From assembly GCA_963846945.1 (NCBI GenBank), contig CAWJXX010000014.1, forward strand, positions 67,614 to 131,613: 64,000 nucleotides of DNA. Reading direction: 5' to 3'. The DNA is from an uncultured Gemmatimonadales bacterium. GTDB lineage: Bacteria; Gemmatimonadota; Gemmatimonadetes; Gemmatimonadales; GWC2-71-9. Both the position numbers and the translations under genes were made by a program. Under the pieces are notes generated by a model. The model saw only the letters and a program-made list of their open reading frames with translations. It had not been told where the DNA came from and made no database searches. Below are positions 29,753-41,723 of the stretch, piece by piece; position 1 is the first letter of the stretch, and the number at the start of each line of letters is the position of its first letter.

Positions 29753-32417
29753 ATGAGTGACCCGCGACGGCCCGATCCTGACGCCCTTCTCGCCCTTGCC
29801 CATGAGGAGGAGGCGCGACAGCATCGCGGCCGGCTGAAACTGTTCTTTGGTGCGGCCCCGGGCGTGGGCAAGACGTACACCATGCTCGAGGCCGCGCGCG
29901 CGCGCCAGGCCGAGGGGCTCGACGTGGTGGTGGGCATCGTCGAGACCCATGGCCGGAGCGAGACCGCGCGCCTCGCCGAGGGACTCACGGTACTTCCCCG
30001 TCGTACCATCGACTACAAGGGAAGCGTCCTGCAGGAGTTCGACCTCGACGCCGCGCTTGCGCGGAAGCCGGGGCTCATTCTCGTGGATGAACTGGCCCAC
30101 ACGAACGCGCCCGGCGGACGGCACGGCAAGCGGTGGCAGGATGTCCTCGAGCTGCTCGCATCGGGCATCGACGTCTACACCACGCTCAACGTGCAGCATG
30201 TCGAGAGCCTCAATGACGTGGTGGCGCAAATCACGGGCGTCACCGTGCGCGAGACGGTTCCCGATGCCGTGCTCGAGCGTGCGGACGAGATCGAGCTGGT
30301 GGACGTGTCGCCCGACGTGCTACTGCAGCGGCTGCGCGAGGGCCGGGTCTACCTGCCGGACCAGGCGAGCCGGGCGCTCGAGCGGTTCTTTCGCGAGGGC
30401 AACCTCATCGCCCTCCGCGAACTGGCGCTGCGGCAGACGGCGCACCGGGTCGATGCGCAGATGCGTGGCTACATGCGCAGCCAGGGCATTCGTGACACCT
30501 GGGCGGCGAGCGACCGGCTGGCGGTGTGCATTGGTCCCGATCCATCGGCGCTGCGCGCTGGTGCGGCCGGCGCGCCGGATGGCGGAGCGACTGCAGGCGC
30601 CATGGACGGCGGTCTTCGTCGAGGTTCCCGGACAGGTGGGCGAGGCGGCGCCGCGAGGCCGTGGTGCGTGCCTTCCGCCTGGCGGAGGAGCTGGGTGGCG
30701 AGACCGTCACGCTGAGCGGCGCGAGCGTGGCCGACGAGATCATCGCGTGGGCGCAGGAGAAGAACGTCACCCGGCTCATCGTCGGGAAACCGCAGCGGGT
30801 CGGCGTCCTGGCGCGCTTCCGGGGATCGCTGCTGGACGCGCTCGTGGCGGAGAGCGGCGCCATCGACGTGTTCGTCATCACCGGCGAAGCCGACGACACG
30901 CCGGCGCCCAGGCCGTTCCGGCGCCCTCCTCCGTTCACCCAGTTCGTGTGGGCGTCGGGCATCGTCGGGCTGGCGACGGTGGCGGGCCTGGCCCTCCGCT
31001 CGTTTCTGAGTACCACCGACATCGCGATGCTCTACTTGCTCGCCGCGGTCGTGGTCGGGTCGCGAGTGCGACAGCGTCCCGCGCTCTTTGCCTCGGTCCT
31101 GAGCATCACGCTGTTCGATTTCTGTTTTGTGCCACCGTACTTCACGTTCGCGGTGAGCGATACCAAGTACGTGCTCACCTTCGCGATGATGCTGGCGATT
31201 GCCATCATCATGAGCCGGCTGACCGGCCGCATCCGGGAACAGGCCGATGCCTCCCGCGCGCGCGAGCAGCGGACGGCAAGTGCCTACGCGCTGAGCCGTG
31301 AGATGGCCGCGGCGCGCGAACCTCCGGAGATCGTGGAGGCCGCGACTCGCCATATCGAGGATGCGTTTGCCGGCCGGGTCACCTTTCTCCTTGTCGATCG
31401 CGATGGCGTGTTGCCCAGCGACGACGGCGTGGCTCGCTGGGCGCTGGAACACGGGCAGATGGCAGGGCTCGGGAGCAGCACGCTTCCGGCGTCACCGGCG
31501 CTCTACCTTCCGCTGCAGGCCTCCGACCGGGTGCTGGGCGTCGTGCGGGTGGAGCCGCGCGACCCCCAGGATGCCCTCGATCCGGAGCGTCGCCAGCAGC
31601 TCGAGTCGTTCGTGCGCCAGGCCATGGTCGCGCTGGAGCGCTCGACCCTCGCTGAGCGGAACGAGGCGAGCCGGATGGAGGTCGAGGCGGAGCGCCTGCG
31701 CACCACGCTGCTGAGCTCGCTGTCGCACGACTTGCGCACGCCATTGGGCAGCATCGAGGGAGCGGCGAGCAGCCTGCTCGAGGAAAACACGGTGCGCTCC
31801 GAGGAGACGCGTCGCGAACTGGCGGAGACGATTCTCGACGAGTCCCGCCGCATGACGCGCCTCGTCGCCAACCTGCTCGACATGATGCGGGTGGAGAGCG
31901 GCGCCCTCTCGGTACAGAAGCAGTGGGTGCCGCTGGAGGAGGTGGTGGGTGTGGCCCTCATCCGTCTCGACACCCGCCTCGCCGGCCGCGTGGTCACCAC
32001 GACCTTTCCCGGGGACCTTCCGCTGGTATCCGTGGACGACATCCTCATGGAGCAGGTCTTCATCAACCTGCTCGAGAACGCTGCCAAGTACACGCCGGCG
32101 GGCAGCCCCATCGAGGTATCCGCGACGGCGCGCGAGGGCGAAGTGACGTGTAACCGTCGCCGACCGGGGACCTGGCATCCGGTCTGGAGACGAGTTGAGG
32201 ATCTTCGAGAAGTTCTACCGCGCGCCACAGGGTGACGCGGTTGGCGGCGTGGGACTCGGGCTGGCCATCTCGCGTGGCATCGTCGTGGCACACGGCGGGC
32301 GCATCTGGGTCGAGCATCGTCCCGGCGGCGGCGACGCTCATGCGCTTCACCATTCCGCAGGATGGACCGCCGCCCAGCACCGGGACCGACGACGAGGTCC
32401 TCGAGGAGACGGAATGA
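29753..32417 (+). CDS. kdpD: sensor histidine kinase KdpD (about 4 frameshifts as assembled)
   Basis: N-terminal KdpD domain GRLKLFFGAAPGVGKTYTML. Usp-like segment. Four-helix membrane block (ALFASVLSITLFDFCFVPPYFTF). H-box LSSLSHDLRTPL. N/G boxes INLLENAAKYTP, GLGLAISRGIV. Joins are near 30550, 30650, 32150 and 32330. Confidence 0.9.
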
Positions 32418-33101
32418 CCGACGGACCGGTGATCCTCCTGGTGGAAGACGAGCCGGCGATGCGCCGCTTCCTGCGCGCTGCCCTGGGGACGCATTCGTAT
32501 ACCCTGGTGGAGGCCGCCACGATGCGCGAAGGCCTGGCCCAGGCGGCGGGCCGCAATCCCGACCTGATCCTGCTCGACCTCGGCCTCCCCGATGGCGACG
32601 GGCTGGATGCCACTCGCCAGCTCCGCGAATGGACCACGACACCGATCATCGTGCTGTCCGCGCGCGGGCAGGAAGGGGACAAGATCGCGGCCCTCGATGC
32701 CGGGCGGACGACTACCTGACCAAGCCGTTCAGCGTCGGGAACTGCTGGCCCGCATGCGCGTGGCGCTCCGGCACAAGGCCAGTGGCGGGGAAGTGCTGCA
32801 GACGTTCGAGGCAGGCGACCTCCAGGTCGACCTCGCGCGGCGCACCGTGATCGTGTCGGGCGACGAGGTGCACCTGACGCCCACGGAGTACAAGCTGCTG
32901 GCAGTGCTGGTGCGGCATGCCGGCCGTGTTCTCACGCACCGGCAACTGCTGCACGAGGTCTGGGGATCGCACAGCACTACGCAGACCCAGGCACTCCGGG
33001 TGTACGTGACGCAGCTCCGGCACAAGATCGAGGCGGATGCGGCCCGTCCCCGGCTGCTTGTTACCGAGCCTGGCGTAGGCTACCGGCTCAAGGACGGCTG
33101 A
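32414..33101 (+). CDS. kdpE: response regulator KdpE (OmpR family; two frameshifts as assembled)
   Basis: The ATG overlaps the kdpD stop. ILLVEDEP...DLILLDLGLPDGDG...IIVLSARG...DDYLTKPF, then the winged helix LTPTEYKLLAVL...VYVTQLRHKIE..GVGYRL. Joins are near 32705 and 32740. Confidence 0.9.
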
Positions 33102-33176
33102 ACCGTATCACGCCCTTGCTCCGCAGGGGCCCAGCCCCTTTCCTTCCTGTCCCCCAACCGTAGCGAGCACCTGTCC

Positions 33177-34202
33177 ATGAGCGACGCGCTTCCATCCGAG
33201 CTGGCCCCCTTCGCGGCGGGCTCTCCCGTAGCGCGCGCTGACGCCATTACCGCCGAGAGCGAGGGAGTGCGGCGGGTGCTGGCCGAGGCGCAACGGGTGG
33301 TGGTCGGTCAGGATATCCTGCTCGAGCGCCTGCTGCTGGGGTTGCTGGCGGACGGCCATATCCTGCTGGAAGGGTTGCCCGGGCTGGCGAAGACGCTGGC
33401 AGTGAAGACCGTGGCCACGACCATCGAGGCGGATTGCCGCCGGGTGCAGTTCACCCCCGACCTGCTCCCGACCGACCTGCTCGGGACGATGATCTACAAC
33501 CAGCGCACCAGCGAGTTCACGGTGCAACGCGGCCCGATCTTCACCAACATCCTGCTGGCGGACGAGATCAATCGTGCGCCCGCCAAGGTGCAATCGGCGC
33601 TCCTTGAGTCGATGCAGGAGCGCCAGGTCACCATCGGTGGTGAGACGATCCACCTGCCCAACCTGTTCCTCGTGCTCGCGACGCAGAACCCGATCGAGCA
33701 GGAAGGCACCTATCCGCTGCCCGAGGCGCAGGTCGATCGCTTCCTCTTCAAGCTGGTGGTGACCTATCCTGCCCGCGCGGACGAGCGGGCCATGCTGGAC
33801 CGGATGACCGATGGCACCCCGCCGGTCGCGCGACCGGTGCTGCACGCCGACGACATCCTTCGCGCCCGTCGCGGGGTGGAGCAGGTGCATGTCGACGCCA
33901 GGATCAAGGAGTACGTGCTTGACCTGGTCGCGGCGACGCGCCGGCCGGCGGAGGCCGGACTCGCCCAGCTCACGCCCCTTATCGCGTTCGGGGCCTCGCC
34001 CCGCGCGGCCATCTTCCTCATTCGTGCCGCCAAGGCCCATGCGTTCCTGGCGGGCCGCGCCTTCGTGCTGCCGGAGGACGTCAAGTCGGTCGCGACCGAC
34101 GTGCTGCGGCACCGCATCGTGGCCACCTATCGCGCCGATGCCGACGGCGTCACCCCGGACCAGATGGTCGAGCGCATCCTGGATCGCATCGCGGTCCCAT
34201 GA
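33177..34202 (+). CDS. moxR: MoxR-family AAA+ ATPase
   Basis: [13 protein letters not shown] (Walker A), [20 protein letters not shown] (Walker B / sensor), [23 protein letters not shown]. Confidence 0.92.
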   Translation: [341 protein letters not shown]

Positions 34203-35072
34203 TCACGGACGAGATCGCCGACGAGGTCCGGCGACTGGAGCTGGCGACGCGCCGCCTCGTTCGCGATCTCTCGGCCGGCGACTACGCCAGTGCGTTCCGT
34301 GGGCGTGGCATCGAGTTCCTCGACGTTCGTGAGTACCAGCCGGGTGATGACGTACGGACGATCGACTGGCGCGTGACCGCCCGCCTTGGCAATACCTATC
34401 TCCGTCGCCATCACGAGGAACGCGAGCTTACCGTCATGCTCCTGGTGGACGAGAGCGCGTCGGCGCAGGTGGGCAGCCGGCGCCGGACCCGCGCGGAACT
34501 CGCCGCCCAGGTTGCCGCGGTGCTGGCCCTCACGGCGGCACGCGCCAACGACCGGGTGGGCGCGGCCTTCTTCAGCGGTGGGCTGGGGCGCATGGTGCAG
34601 CCCAAGAAGGGTCGCCGTCATGCCCTGCGCGTGCTGGGCGAATTGCTGAGTGCCCGTGCGAGCGGCGACGAGCACGGATCTGGCCGGCGCGCTCGAAGCA
34701 CTGGAGCCGATGCTGCCCCGGCGCGTGGTGCTCGTGATTCTCTCCGATTTCTACACCTCCGGCTTCCAGCTGCCCCTTGCCCGGCTCGCGCGCCGCCACG
34801 AGGTGATCTGCATGCAACTGCGCGATCCGATCGAGCATGCGTTGCCGCCCGTGGGCCTGGTCCGGCTGCGCGACCCCGAGAGTGGCGTCATCATGACCGT
34901 GGATGCCTCGGATCCGGCGGTCCGGAATCGGGTCGCCGAACGGCGCGCGACGTTCGACAGCACGCTCACGCACGACCTGTATGCCAGCGGTGCGGAGCTG
35001 GTGCGGCTCGATGCCTCGGGCGACTTCGGAGAACCGCTGGTGGCCTTCTTCCGGCGCCGGGCGCGCGCCTGA
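34199..35072 (+). CDS. DUF58-family protein (MoxR partner; one frameshift as assembled)
   Basis: Overlaps the moxR stop. FRGRGIEFLDVREYQPGDDVRTIDWRVTAR. Joins near 34660 to frame 34650..35072. Confidence 0.85.
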
Positions 35073-35080
35073 CGCATCGC

Positions 35081-36016
35081 ATGCGACGCCTCGCCCTGCC
35101 GCTCGCCCTGCTGCTCGTCACGGCCTCGCCTGCCGTGGCGCAACGCTACGATATCGAACTGTCGGCCGACAGCGTCCGCATCGGCCAGGTGGTCACGAGT
35201 GAAGGAGCGGATCCACATCGGCTCGCAGCAGAACGTGGCGAGCAATTCGGCCGTGCTGGCCGACCTGCCCGAGGGTGTCCGGCTCATCAGCCAGGACACG
35301 CTGACCCGCCACTCCAATGCCGCCATGATGCGCGACGGACGGGCGCTGCTCACCGGCGAGGTGCGCCTCGCCTTCTTCCGTCCGGGCCGGCAGCGCGTTC
35401 CGCCACTGCGCGTCATCCTCAAGGGCGTGGCGTCCGATCGCGGCCTGCCGCTGGAAAGTGAGGCGTCCTATGTCGAGGTGGTCCCCACGCTCCCCGCCGG
35501 CAATCCCTCGCTGAAGGACATTCGCGACCAGCGCCCCGAGACGAGCGTCGACCCGATGCTGGTGGCGGCCGTTGCGGTGCTCGTGCTTGGCCTTGGGTGG
35601 CTCGGCGGCGCGGTGGTGGCGCCGCCGTCCGGTTGCCGCAGCGGCGATCACGGTCGCGCACGCGCCGGAGACCGCCGCCGAGTCGGCGCGGCAGGCACTC
35701 GCGCGCATCGAGCAGGAGGGCTGGGCCGAGCGTGGGGAGATGGCACGGTACTACGAGGCGATTGCCGGCGTGATGCGGCAGTACCTGGGGACGGTCGAGC
35801 CATCAGTGCATGCGGCCCAGACATCGACGGAGTTGCTGCGCGCGCTGGCTGCGCGACGGACCAATGGCGCCTGGCATGGGGCCGCGCGTGTGTTCGGTGA
35901 CGCGGACCTGGTCAAGTTTGCAGGGATCACCCCGGATGTCCGGACGGCGCGTGCGTACGCGGCTGGGTGCGCGGCACCTGATCGACGCCTGGGCCGGCGA
36001 GCCGGAGACCGGCTGA
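35081..36016 (+). CDS. membrane protein of the Bat/MoxR operon with DUF4381-like C-terminal region (three frameshifts as assembled)
   Basis: Signal peptide MRRLALPLALLLVTASPAVAQ. Exported beta-rich part. One helix (MLVAAVAVLVLGLGWLGGAVV). Then ...ARQALARIEQEGW..YYEAIAGVMRQYLG...FGDADLVKFAG. Joins are near 35200, 35620 and 35960. Its stop overlaps the batA ATG. Confidence 0.6.
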
Positions 36017-37005
36017 TGCGACTGGCCAATCCCTGGTTCCTGCTCCTGTTGCTGATTCCGCTGGTACGCGCATGGCTGCGGCGGCGCGCGGATCATCGGC
36101 CCGGCGGCGCCTTCGCGTGGGTGAGTGGCGGCCTGCTCGAGGGCGTGCCGCGTTCGTGGCGGGTGCGGGCGGCACCGCTGCCGGGATGGCTCGAGCTGGT
36201 GGGCATGGCGCTCGTCGTCGTCGCGCTCGCGCGCCCGCAGCTGGACAAGGGCAAGGAGCAGGTGCGACTCAAGTCGAGGAACATCATCGTCGCGCTCGAC
36301 ATCTCGAGCAGCATGAAGGCGACCGACTTCCAGCCGGGCAACCGTCTCGAGGTCGCGCGGGCCACGCTGCGCGAGTTCGTGAAGCGGCGCGAGGGCGACC
36401 TGGTGGGTCTGGTGATCTTTTCCGGCAAGGCCTTCCTGCAGGCCCCGCTCACCTCCGACATGACCCTGATCGGGCGCATGCTCGACCTCACCGACATCGG
36501 GCAGCTGCCCGACGGCACGGCGATCGGGACCGCGCTCGCCGTGAGCCTCAACCAGCTGAAGCAGCTGCCCCCGGCGTCGAGCACGATCGTGCTCATCACC
36601 GATGGTGCGGAGAATACCGGCGCGCCGAAGCTGTCGCAGGCCACGGAAATGGCCCGCGCGCTTGGCGTCCGGGTGCATGCCATCGGTCTCACCTCCGCCG
36701 ATACCACGTCGTACGAGCTCAACGGTGTCTGGAGTGTCCGTACCAAGGCGGCCAAGCTGTCCGCCGCGGATGAGCGTACCCTGCGACAGGTCGCCGAGCG
36801 CACGGGAGGCACGTTTGCCCGCGCGACCGATCCAGCCGCACTCGACAGCATCATGCGCGCGATCGACCCGCTGGAGCGGGTCGAGGTCCCGGTGCGCGAG
36901 GTGCGCGATCGTCACGAGCTCTTCCCGGCGGTACTCGGGACGGGCCTGTTCCTCCTTGTGATGCAGGCACTGCTGGCGGCCACCTGGCTCCGGAGGGTGC
37001 CGTGA
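36016..37005 (+). CDS. batA: VWA-domain membrane protein BatA-like
   Basis: N-terminal helix. VWA MIDAS IIVALDISSSM. ...TDGAENTG. C-terminal helix. Confidence 0.85.
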   Translation: MRLANPWFLLLLLIPLVRAWLRRRADHRPGGAFAWVSGGLLEGVPRSWRVRAAPLPGWLELVGMALVVVALARPQLDKGKEQVRLKSRNIIVALDISSSMKATDFQPGNRLEVARATLREFVKRREGDLVGLVIFSGKAFLQAPLTSDMTLIGRMLDLTDIGQLPDGTAIGTALAVSLNQLKQLPPASSTIVLITDGAENTGAPKLSQATEMARALGVRVHAIGLTSADTTSYELNGVWSVRTKAAKLSAADERTLRQVAERTGGTFARATDPAALDSIMRAIDPLERVEVPVREVRDRHELFPAVLGTGLFLLVMQALLAATWLRRVP

Positions 37006-38709
37006 TCTTTGCCGTGCCCGGGGTCTTCGTGCTGCTGGCGGCGCTTCCGTTCGTGGCGGCGTGGCTGATCCGCTACGCGCAGGAACGGCGCGCCGCCGCG
37101 CTTGCCGCGATGGGCGAGCCGGCGGTCCTGGAGCGTGCCGGGTGGAGGCCCGATGCGGGGCGACGGGGGCGTGCCGTCCTGCGCACGGCGGCCATCGCCT
37201 TTGGCCTGCTCGCGCTCGCGCGGCCGCAGGGTGGTGCCCTCGACACGCGGGCCGGCCGCTCCGGTCGCGACCTGCTCGTGGCGCTCGACCTCTCGCGCTC
37301 CATGCTGGTACAGGACGCCGACGGCACACGACTGGACCAGGCGAAGAAGCTGGCGAAGGACCTGGCCAACCAGCTGTCGGGTGACCGGGTCGGTCTCGTG
37401 ATCTTTGGCGGCGCGGCGTTCCTCCAGCTGCCGCTCACCAACGACCATGTCGGTATTCGAGCGATTCCTCGATGCGACCTCCACCAACGTCATCGACGAT
37501 CCGAGCACCGATATTTCCGCCGCCCTCAACGTGGGCCGTACGGTGTTCGAGCATGAAGGCGGAGAAGGGCACCGTGCCATCGTCCTGTTGACCGATGGGG
37601 AGCGGAGCAGCGGCAACCTCGATTCGCCGCTCGAGCGGCTCGGCCAGGAGCAGATTCCCGTCTTTGCGCTGGGCATGGGAACCCCGGAGGGCGGATTCGT
37701 CCCGGCCGATCCCACGTCCAGCCGGGACTCGGCGAGTCAGTGGCACCGCGACGACATCGGGCGCCCGGTGGAGTCGCGGCTCGATGAAAAGACTCTGCGT
37801 CGCATCACCGAGACCTCGGGCGGCGCGTACGCTCGCTGGAACGACAAGGGCGCACGCAAGGCGATGGTTGCCGCCATCAAGAAGGTCGCGGAGCGTCCCC
37901 TGGGTACTCAGCGCGTGCCGCAACACGTCGAGCTGTTCCAGTGGCCGCTCGCGATCGCGGTGCTGCTGCTGGCGCTCGAGTTGCTGCTGGCCCTCGGTCT
38001 CACGCGCAACGCGGCGCCACCACTGGTGGCGGCTCTCCTGCTGGTCGTGATCGGATGCAACGGAGAGAGCGGGGAATTCCGGCGTGCGGTGCGGTACTAT
38101 CACCAGAACCGGTACCCCGAGTCCTACGCGATCTTTCAGGGACCGCTCGACAAGTCCAGAAATCCCATGGTGCAGCTCGGCGCCGGCAACGCCGGTTATC
38201 GGGTGAGCCGGTACGAGGAGGCAATTCCGCACTACCGCGCGGCCGTTGACGGGCCGCTGGCGACGCGCGCCCTGGCGCTCTACAACCTCGGGAACGCCTA
38301 TTTCCGCGCAGGTCAGGCGTCGAAGGAACGAGCCGCCGATTTCTATGACCAGGCGATCCTGACGTACGAGCAGGTGCTGGTCGAGGCGCCGGCCGATTCC
38401 AACGCGCGGTGGAACCTGGAGCTTGCGCTGCAGAAACGCGACGAGATCGACAGTCGCGGCTCGAACGGTCGCGGCGGCCGGGCACAGGCGGGCCAGAGTC
38501 AGGGTACCCAGGAGGGAATGAACAGCGAGCGGCAGCGCGCGGTGGGCGCCATGGCGGGCGGCGGATCGGGCGACGCGCAGGGCGAATCGGCGAAGGAACT
38601 TTCGGAAGAAGAGGCCCGGAAGGAGCTCGAAACGGTGGAGCGGCAGCAGCTTTCCGAGCACGAAGGCCACCGGCCCAAGGGCGCGGGAGGCGACGGCCGG
38701 GACTGGTAA
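37002..38709 (+). CDS. batB: VWA-domain protein fused to TPR region (BatB/BatC-like; one frameshift as assembled)
   Basis: GTG overlaps the batA stop (GTGA). LLVALDLSRSM. Joins near 37445 to frame 37405..38709. LLTDGERSSG. Membrane helices. TPR-like YNLGNAYFRAGQ. Acidic/Gly-rich tail. Confidence 0.85.
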
Positions 38710-38891
38710 ATCCTCAGGATTTGGCCCATCATGCCCACACCGGGGGTCAGTGCGCGGCGTTGAACTCCCGGCAGTTTCAGCGCCTAAGGGACTGCACCAT
38801 CGCAGGTTGTCCCTCCGCCACGACCGGCTCGCCTCCGCGGCGCGATCGATGCATCTGCGATACGCCTGATACCACGTTGGAGCCCTTCATC

Positions 38892-39818
38892 GTGTCGCAG
38901 CCAGTCTCCCAAATAGTCCCGTCGGCTCGTGGTCGAGTGTGGCCACGCGTGCGCCCGCTGGCGCTTGCGGCCGCGGTGGCGCTGGGACTCGAGGCGAGTC
39001 ATCCGATCTGGAACACCACCACCGCGTGGGTCGGCATCGAATGGCTCGCCAGCGGTGACGTGCCTGCCAGTGCGTGGGACCCCGAGACGACGGCCCTGCT
39101 CGACAAGATCGACCTCAGTTCGTGGGCATTCATTTCACGGCGCGTGCTCGGGCTGGTCGACTCCATCCCGCTCACCCCACTGCCGCGCGACCTGGTCGAC
39201 CCCCTCACCATCGGGGTGTACGCCGCGCCGCATGACCGCGTGTACCTGCGCTCGTCACAGCACGCGCCGCGCAACGATGCCACCGTCAGTGACATCGACA
39301 AGGTGCCGATCGGCACCTTCCAGGTGTACGTCCACGAGCTGGTGCATGCGAGCCAGGCGCGCGATCCGGAACTCTGGCAGGCCCTCTTCGCCGGCGTGCC
39401 CAAGCAAACCGACCTGCGTCGCTACGGCGCACTCAACATGCTGGAGCAGCAGGCCGATGCGGCCAGCTGGGCACTCACGACACTGATCCTGGAGCGGAAA
39501 GGGCAGTGGATCCGGCGGCCGATCGCCGACGTGAGCAAGGAAATGCCGGGCGTGCGGCGGTCGCTGGGGATCTTCCTGCGCCATCCGGTCTTTACCAACC
39601 AGCTGGACAGCCTCGGGCGCTGGCGCGCCGATACGACCGTCGTGCCCGGTGATTCCGTCATCGCCGACCGGCTCTTCCTGCCGGTGTCGACGACGGCCTG
39701 GTCACGCGCGCTGTCCGTGCTGGGCCTGCAGGAGGAGGATCCGCGCTGGTGGCGCTGGATGCAGGTCCTGGGTCAGGTACCGACGGTGGTGCCCGAGACG
39801 CGCCAGGCCGCTGAGTAG
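38892..39818 (+). CDS. hypothetical exported protein with HExxH motif (putative zincin-like)
   Basis: GTG 38892 lies within long track ORF 38409..39818. N-terminal hydrophobic stretch LALAAAVALGL. VYVHELVHASQ. No further family evidence. Confidence 0.55.
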   Translation: MSQPVSQIVPSARGRVWPRVRPLALAAAVALGLEASHPIWNTTTAWVGIEWLASGDVPASAWDPETTALLDKIDLSSWAFISRRVLGLVDSIPLTPLPRDLVDPLTIGVYAAPHDRVYLRSSQHAPRNDATVSDIDKVPIGTFQVYVHELVHASQARDPELWQALFAGVPKQTDLRRYGALNMLEQQADAASWALTTLILERKGQWIRRPIADVSKEMPGVRRSLGIFLRHPVFTNQLDSLGRWRADTTVVPGDSVIADRLFLPVSTTAWSRALSVLGLQEEDPRWWRWMQVLGQVPTVVPETRQAAE

Positions 39819-39820
39819 CG

Positions 39821-41601
39821 CTATTGCCGGAAGGTGAACTTGAATTCCCAGTCCACTCCCGCAGCAGAGGATGGCCCCGAAAGCCGAAAGCGTGGTCCGG
39901 TGCTCAGGCGGAGCGTGTTCAGCGGATTGAGGAGGCTGCTGGTGCGTGTTGCGCCAGAGCAGAAGGGAGGGGCCCACCGAGACCGTGAAGTGACTGCCAG
40001 TCACCTCGTCGTTGAAGACGTAGGCGAAGGTCGTATACCAGCTCACCCGCTGAAAATATGAACTGATGTACGAAAAGTTGAGCGACACGCCGCCCGTCGT
40101 CCATTCATCGGACGCAATGAAGCCGACGTTGAAAGTCATGAACCCCCGCGGTACGATCGGCAGGTAGATCCACGGCAGGACCAATCCGACCTCGACCTGC
40201 GCTGAGTTGCCCGGCCACTCCGAGATCCCCCAGGTCACGAGCCGGAGGATGTCCACTGGCTTCTCGATGCTCTTCACCGATGGCGCATACAGGTACGATT
40301 CGAAGACTTCCGTCGGCCAGTCATGGTAGGCAGAGTGCTTCCACACCTGTCCCCGGCCCGGCGAAACCCGGCCTCCCGCGGGCATTTTCGGCGCGATCAT
40401 GGCACGAGTCCAGGTCGCCATCCTCAGGACCGCGACCGAATCGAGGTTCGCGGCACCGTCGAATGAAGGCACGTGCATCACGACTGCGATCGAGTCGAGC
40501 AGCTGCCGCACGGCAAGGATCGTTGCCGGCCATTGACCAGGCTGCACGCCGGCGGCAACGCTGTCGAGACGGGCGTACAACTCCTGGAACAGCGGTGCAG
40601 GAACAAGGCTGTAGTCCTGGCCATAGCCATGCATCGAGCCGCGGGGCCAGTAGACGACAGGATGGTCCACCGTGTCGCGTGGCAGGGTCATCTCCTGCTG
40701 ATAGCTGCCGCCATAGCCCATGTGGGCGATGGCCTGCACGTCGCGAACGCCCCACGCCTTCGTCGACTGCCAGTTCACGTCGACGCCAAGCCTGAACTTG
40801 CCGTAGGGCGGCGCGTCGGGTGAGCTGGAGTGGCCGCCGAGCTCCGTCAGTATGCCGGTGAGCGTGTCGATCGGCGTCGCGTCGAGGGGACTGAGCGCCA
40901 GCTCACTGCTGAGGAGCAGGATGTTATTGGGCACCCAGTCGGTGTGGCCGGCACCCGCGACTATGCGCGCGATGCAGGCGAGCGTCGGATCGGCGGGGAC
41001 GAAGACGAAGGTGTACTCGATGTCCTGTGGGTGACCCACCAGGCCCATGTCGCGCACGTAGTAGAAGTAGTACTCGATCACCTTGAACGGCTCGTCCAGC
41101 AGGTCCGTCGTCCCGATCTCCGTGCGACTGGCCGCGTTCCACGCCAAAATGTCCTTCTTGAGGAATCGGCTCATCGCGTCCTGCTGCCCGGGCGTCATGT
41201 CGATGACGTGCCAGAACACGGCCGGGACGGGTGCCACCGGCGTCCCGCCTGCCGGCGACTGCCTGGCCAGCTCGCTGTTGTACCAGTCGTCGAGGATCTT
41301 CCACGACGGGTAGAGGGTGTCGCCCGGGTTGAAGGCCGCGATCTCGTCCAGGTCGTCGAAATCGACTCGCCCGTTGTTGTTGTTGTCGATTCCGTCAAAC
41401 GCGTAGAAGAAGGGCAGCGTCGGGAAGTACGGCTCGCCGGGTGCAAAGCGGAGCACCGGGGCGTATCGCGCGGCCAGGGCGGCGTCGGAGGTGTCGGTGC
41501 CGGGCCGGCACTGGGCCTGCGCCCACGCGCCTGCCGGCATCGCCGCGACGAGCGTCGCGAGCATGACGCCGGCGCGGAAGACTCCTGTGGTGTCGGGGCA
41601 T
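39821..41601 (-). CDS. exported protein with N-terminal Vps62/DUF946-like motif and beta-barrel-like C-terminus (two frameshifts as assembled)
   Basis: Body is track ORF 39702..41564. ATG 41601 gives a proper signal peptide MPDTTGVFRAGVMLATLVAAMPAGAWAQA if one C of a cccc run is removed. RYAPVLRFAPGEPYFP motif. Near 39945 it switches to the frame ending ...GVDWEFKFTFRQ* (TAG 39821). Confidence 0.6.
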
Positions 41602-41723
41602 TACTGGAGTGCCTGGTGGTTCGTTGCTGCGAATATGCCCCGGGCTCGGCCCACGACGCGAGGCAGGTCCTGAAATGCAGCACGCGGAAGGCTCGACGAG
41701 CGCTTCCGCGTGCTGAATATCAA

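Noticed and set aside
35803-38670. Minus-strand ORFs of 508 aa and 411 aa opposite batA/batB
   Set aside because: They are shadow ORFs with Arg/Pro-rich composition. The plus strand carries clear VWA/MIDAS motifs.
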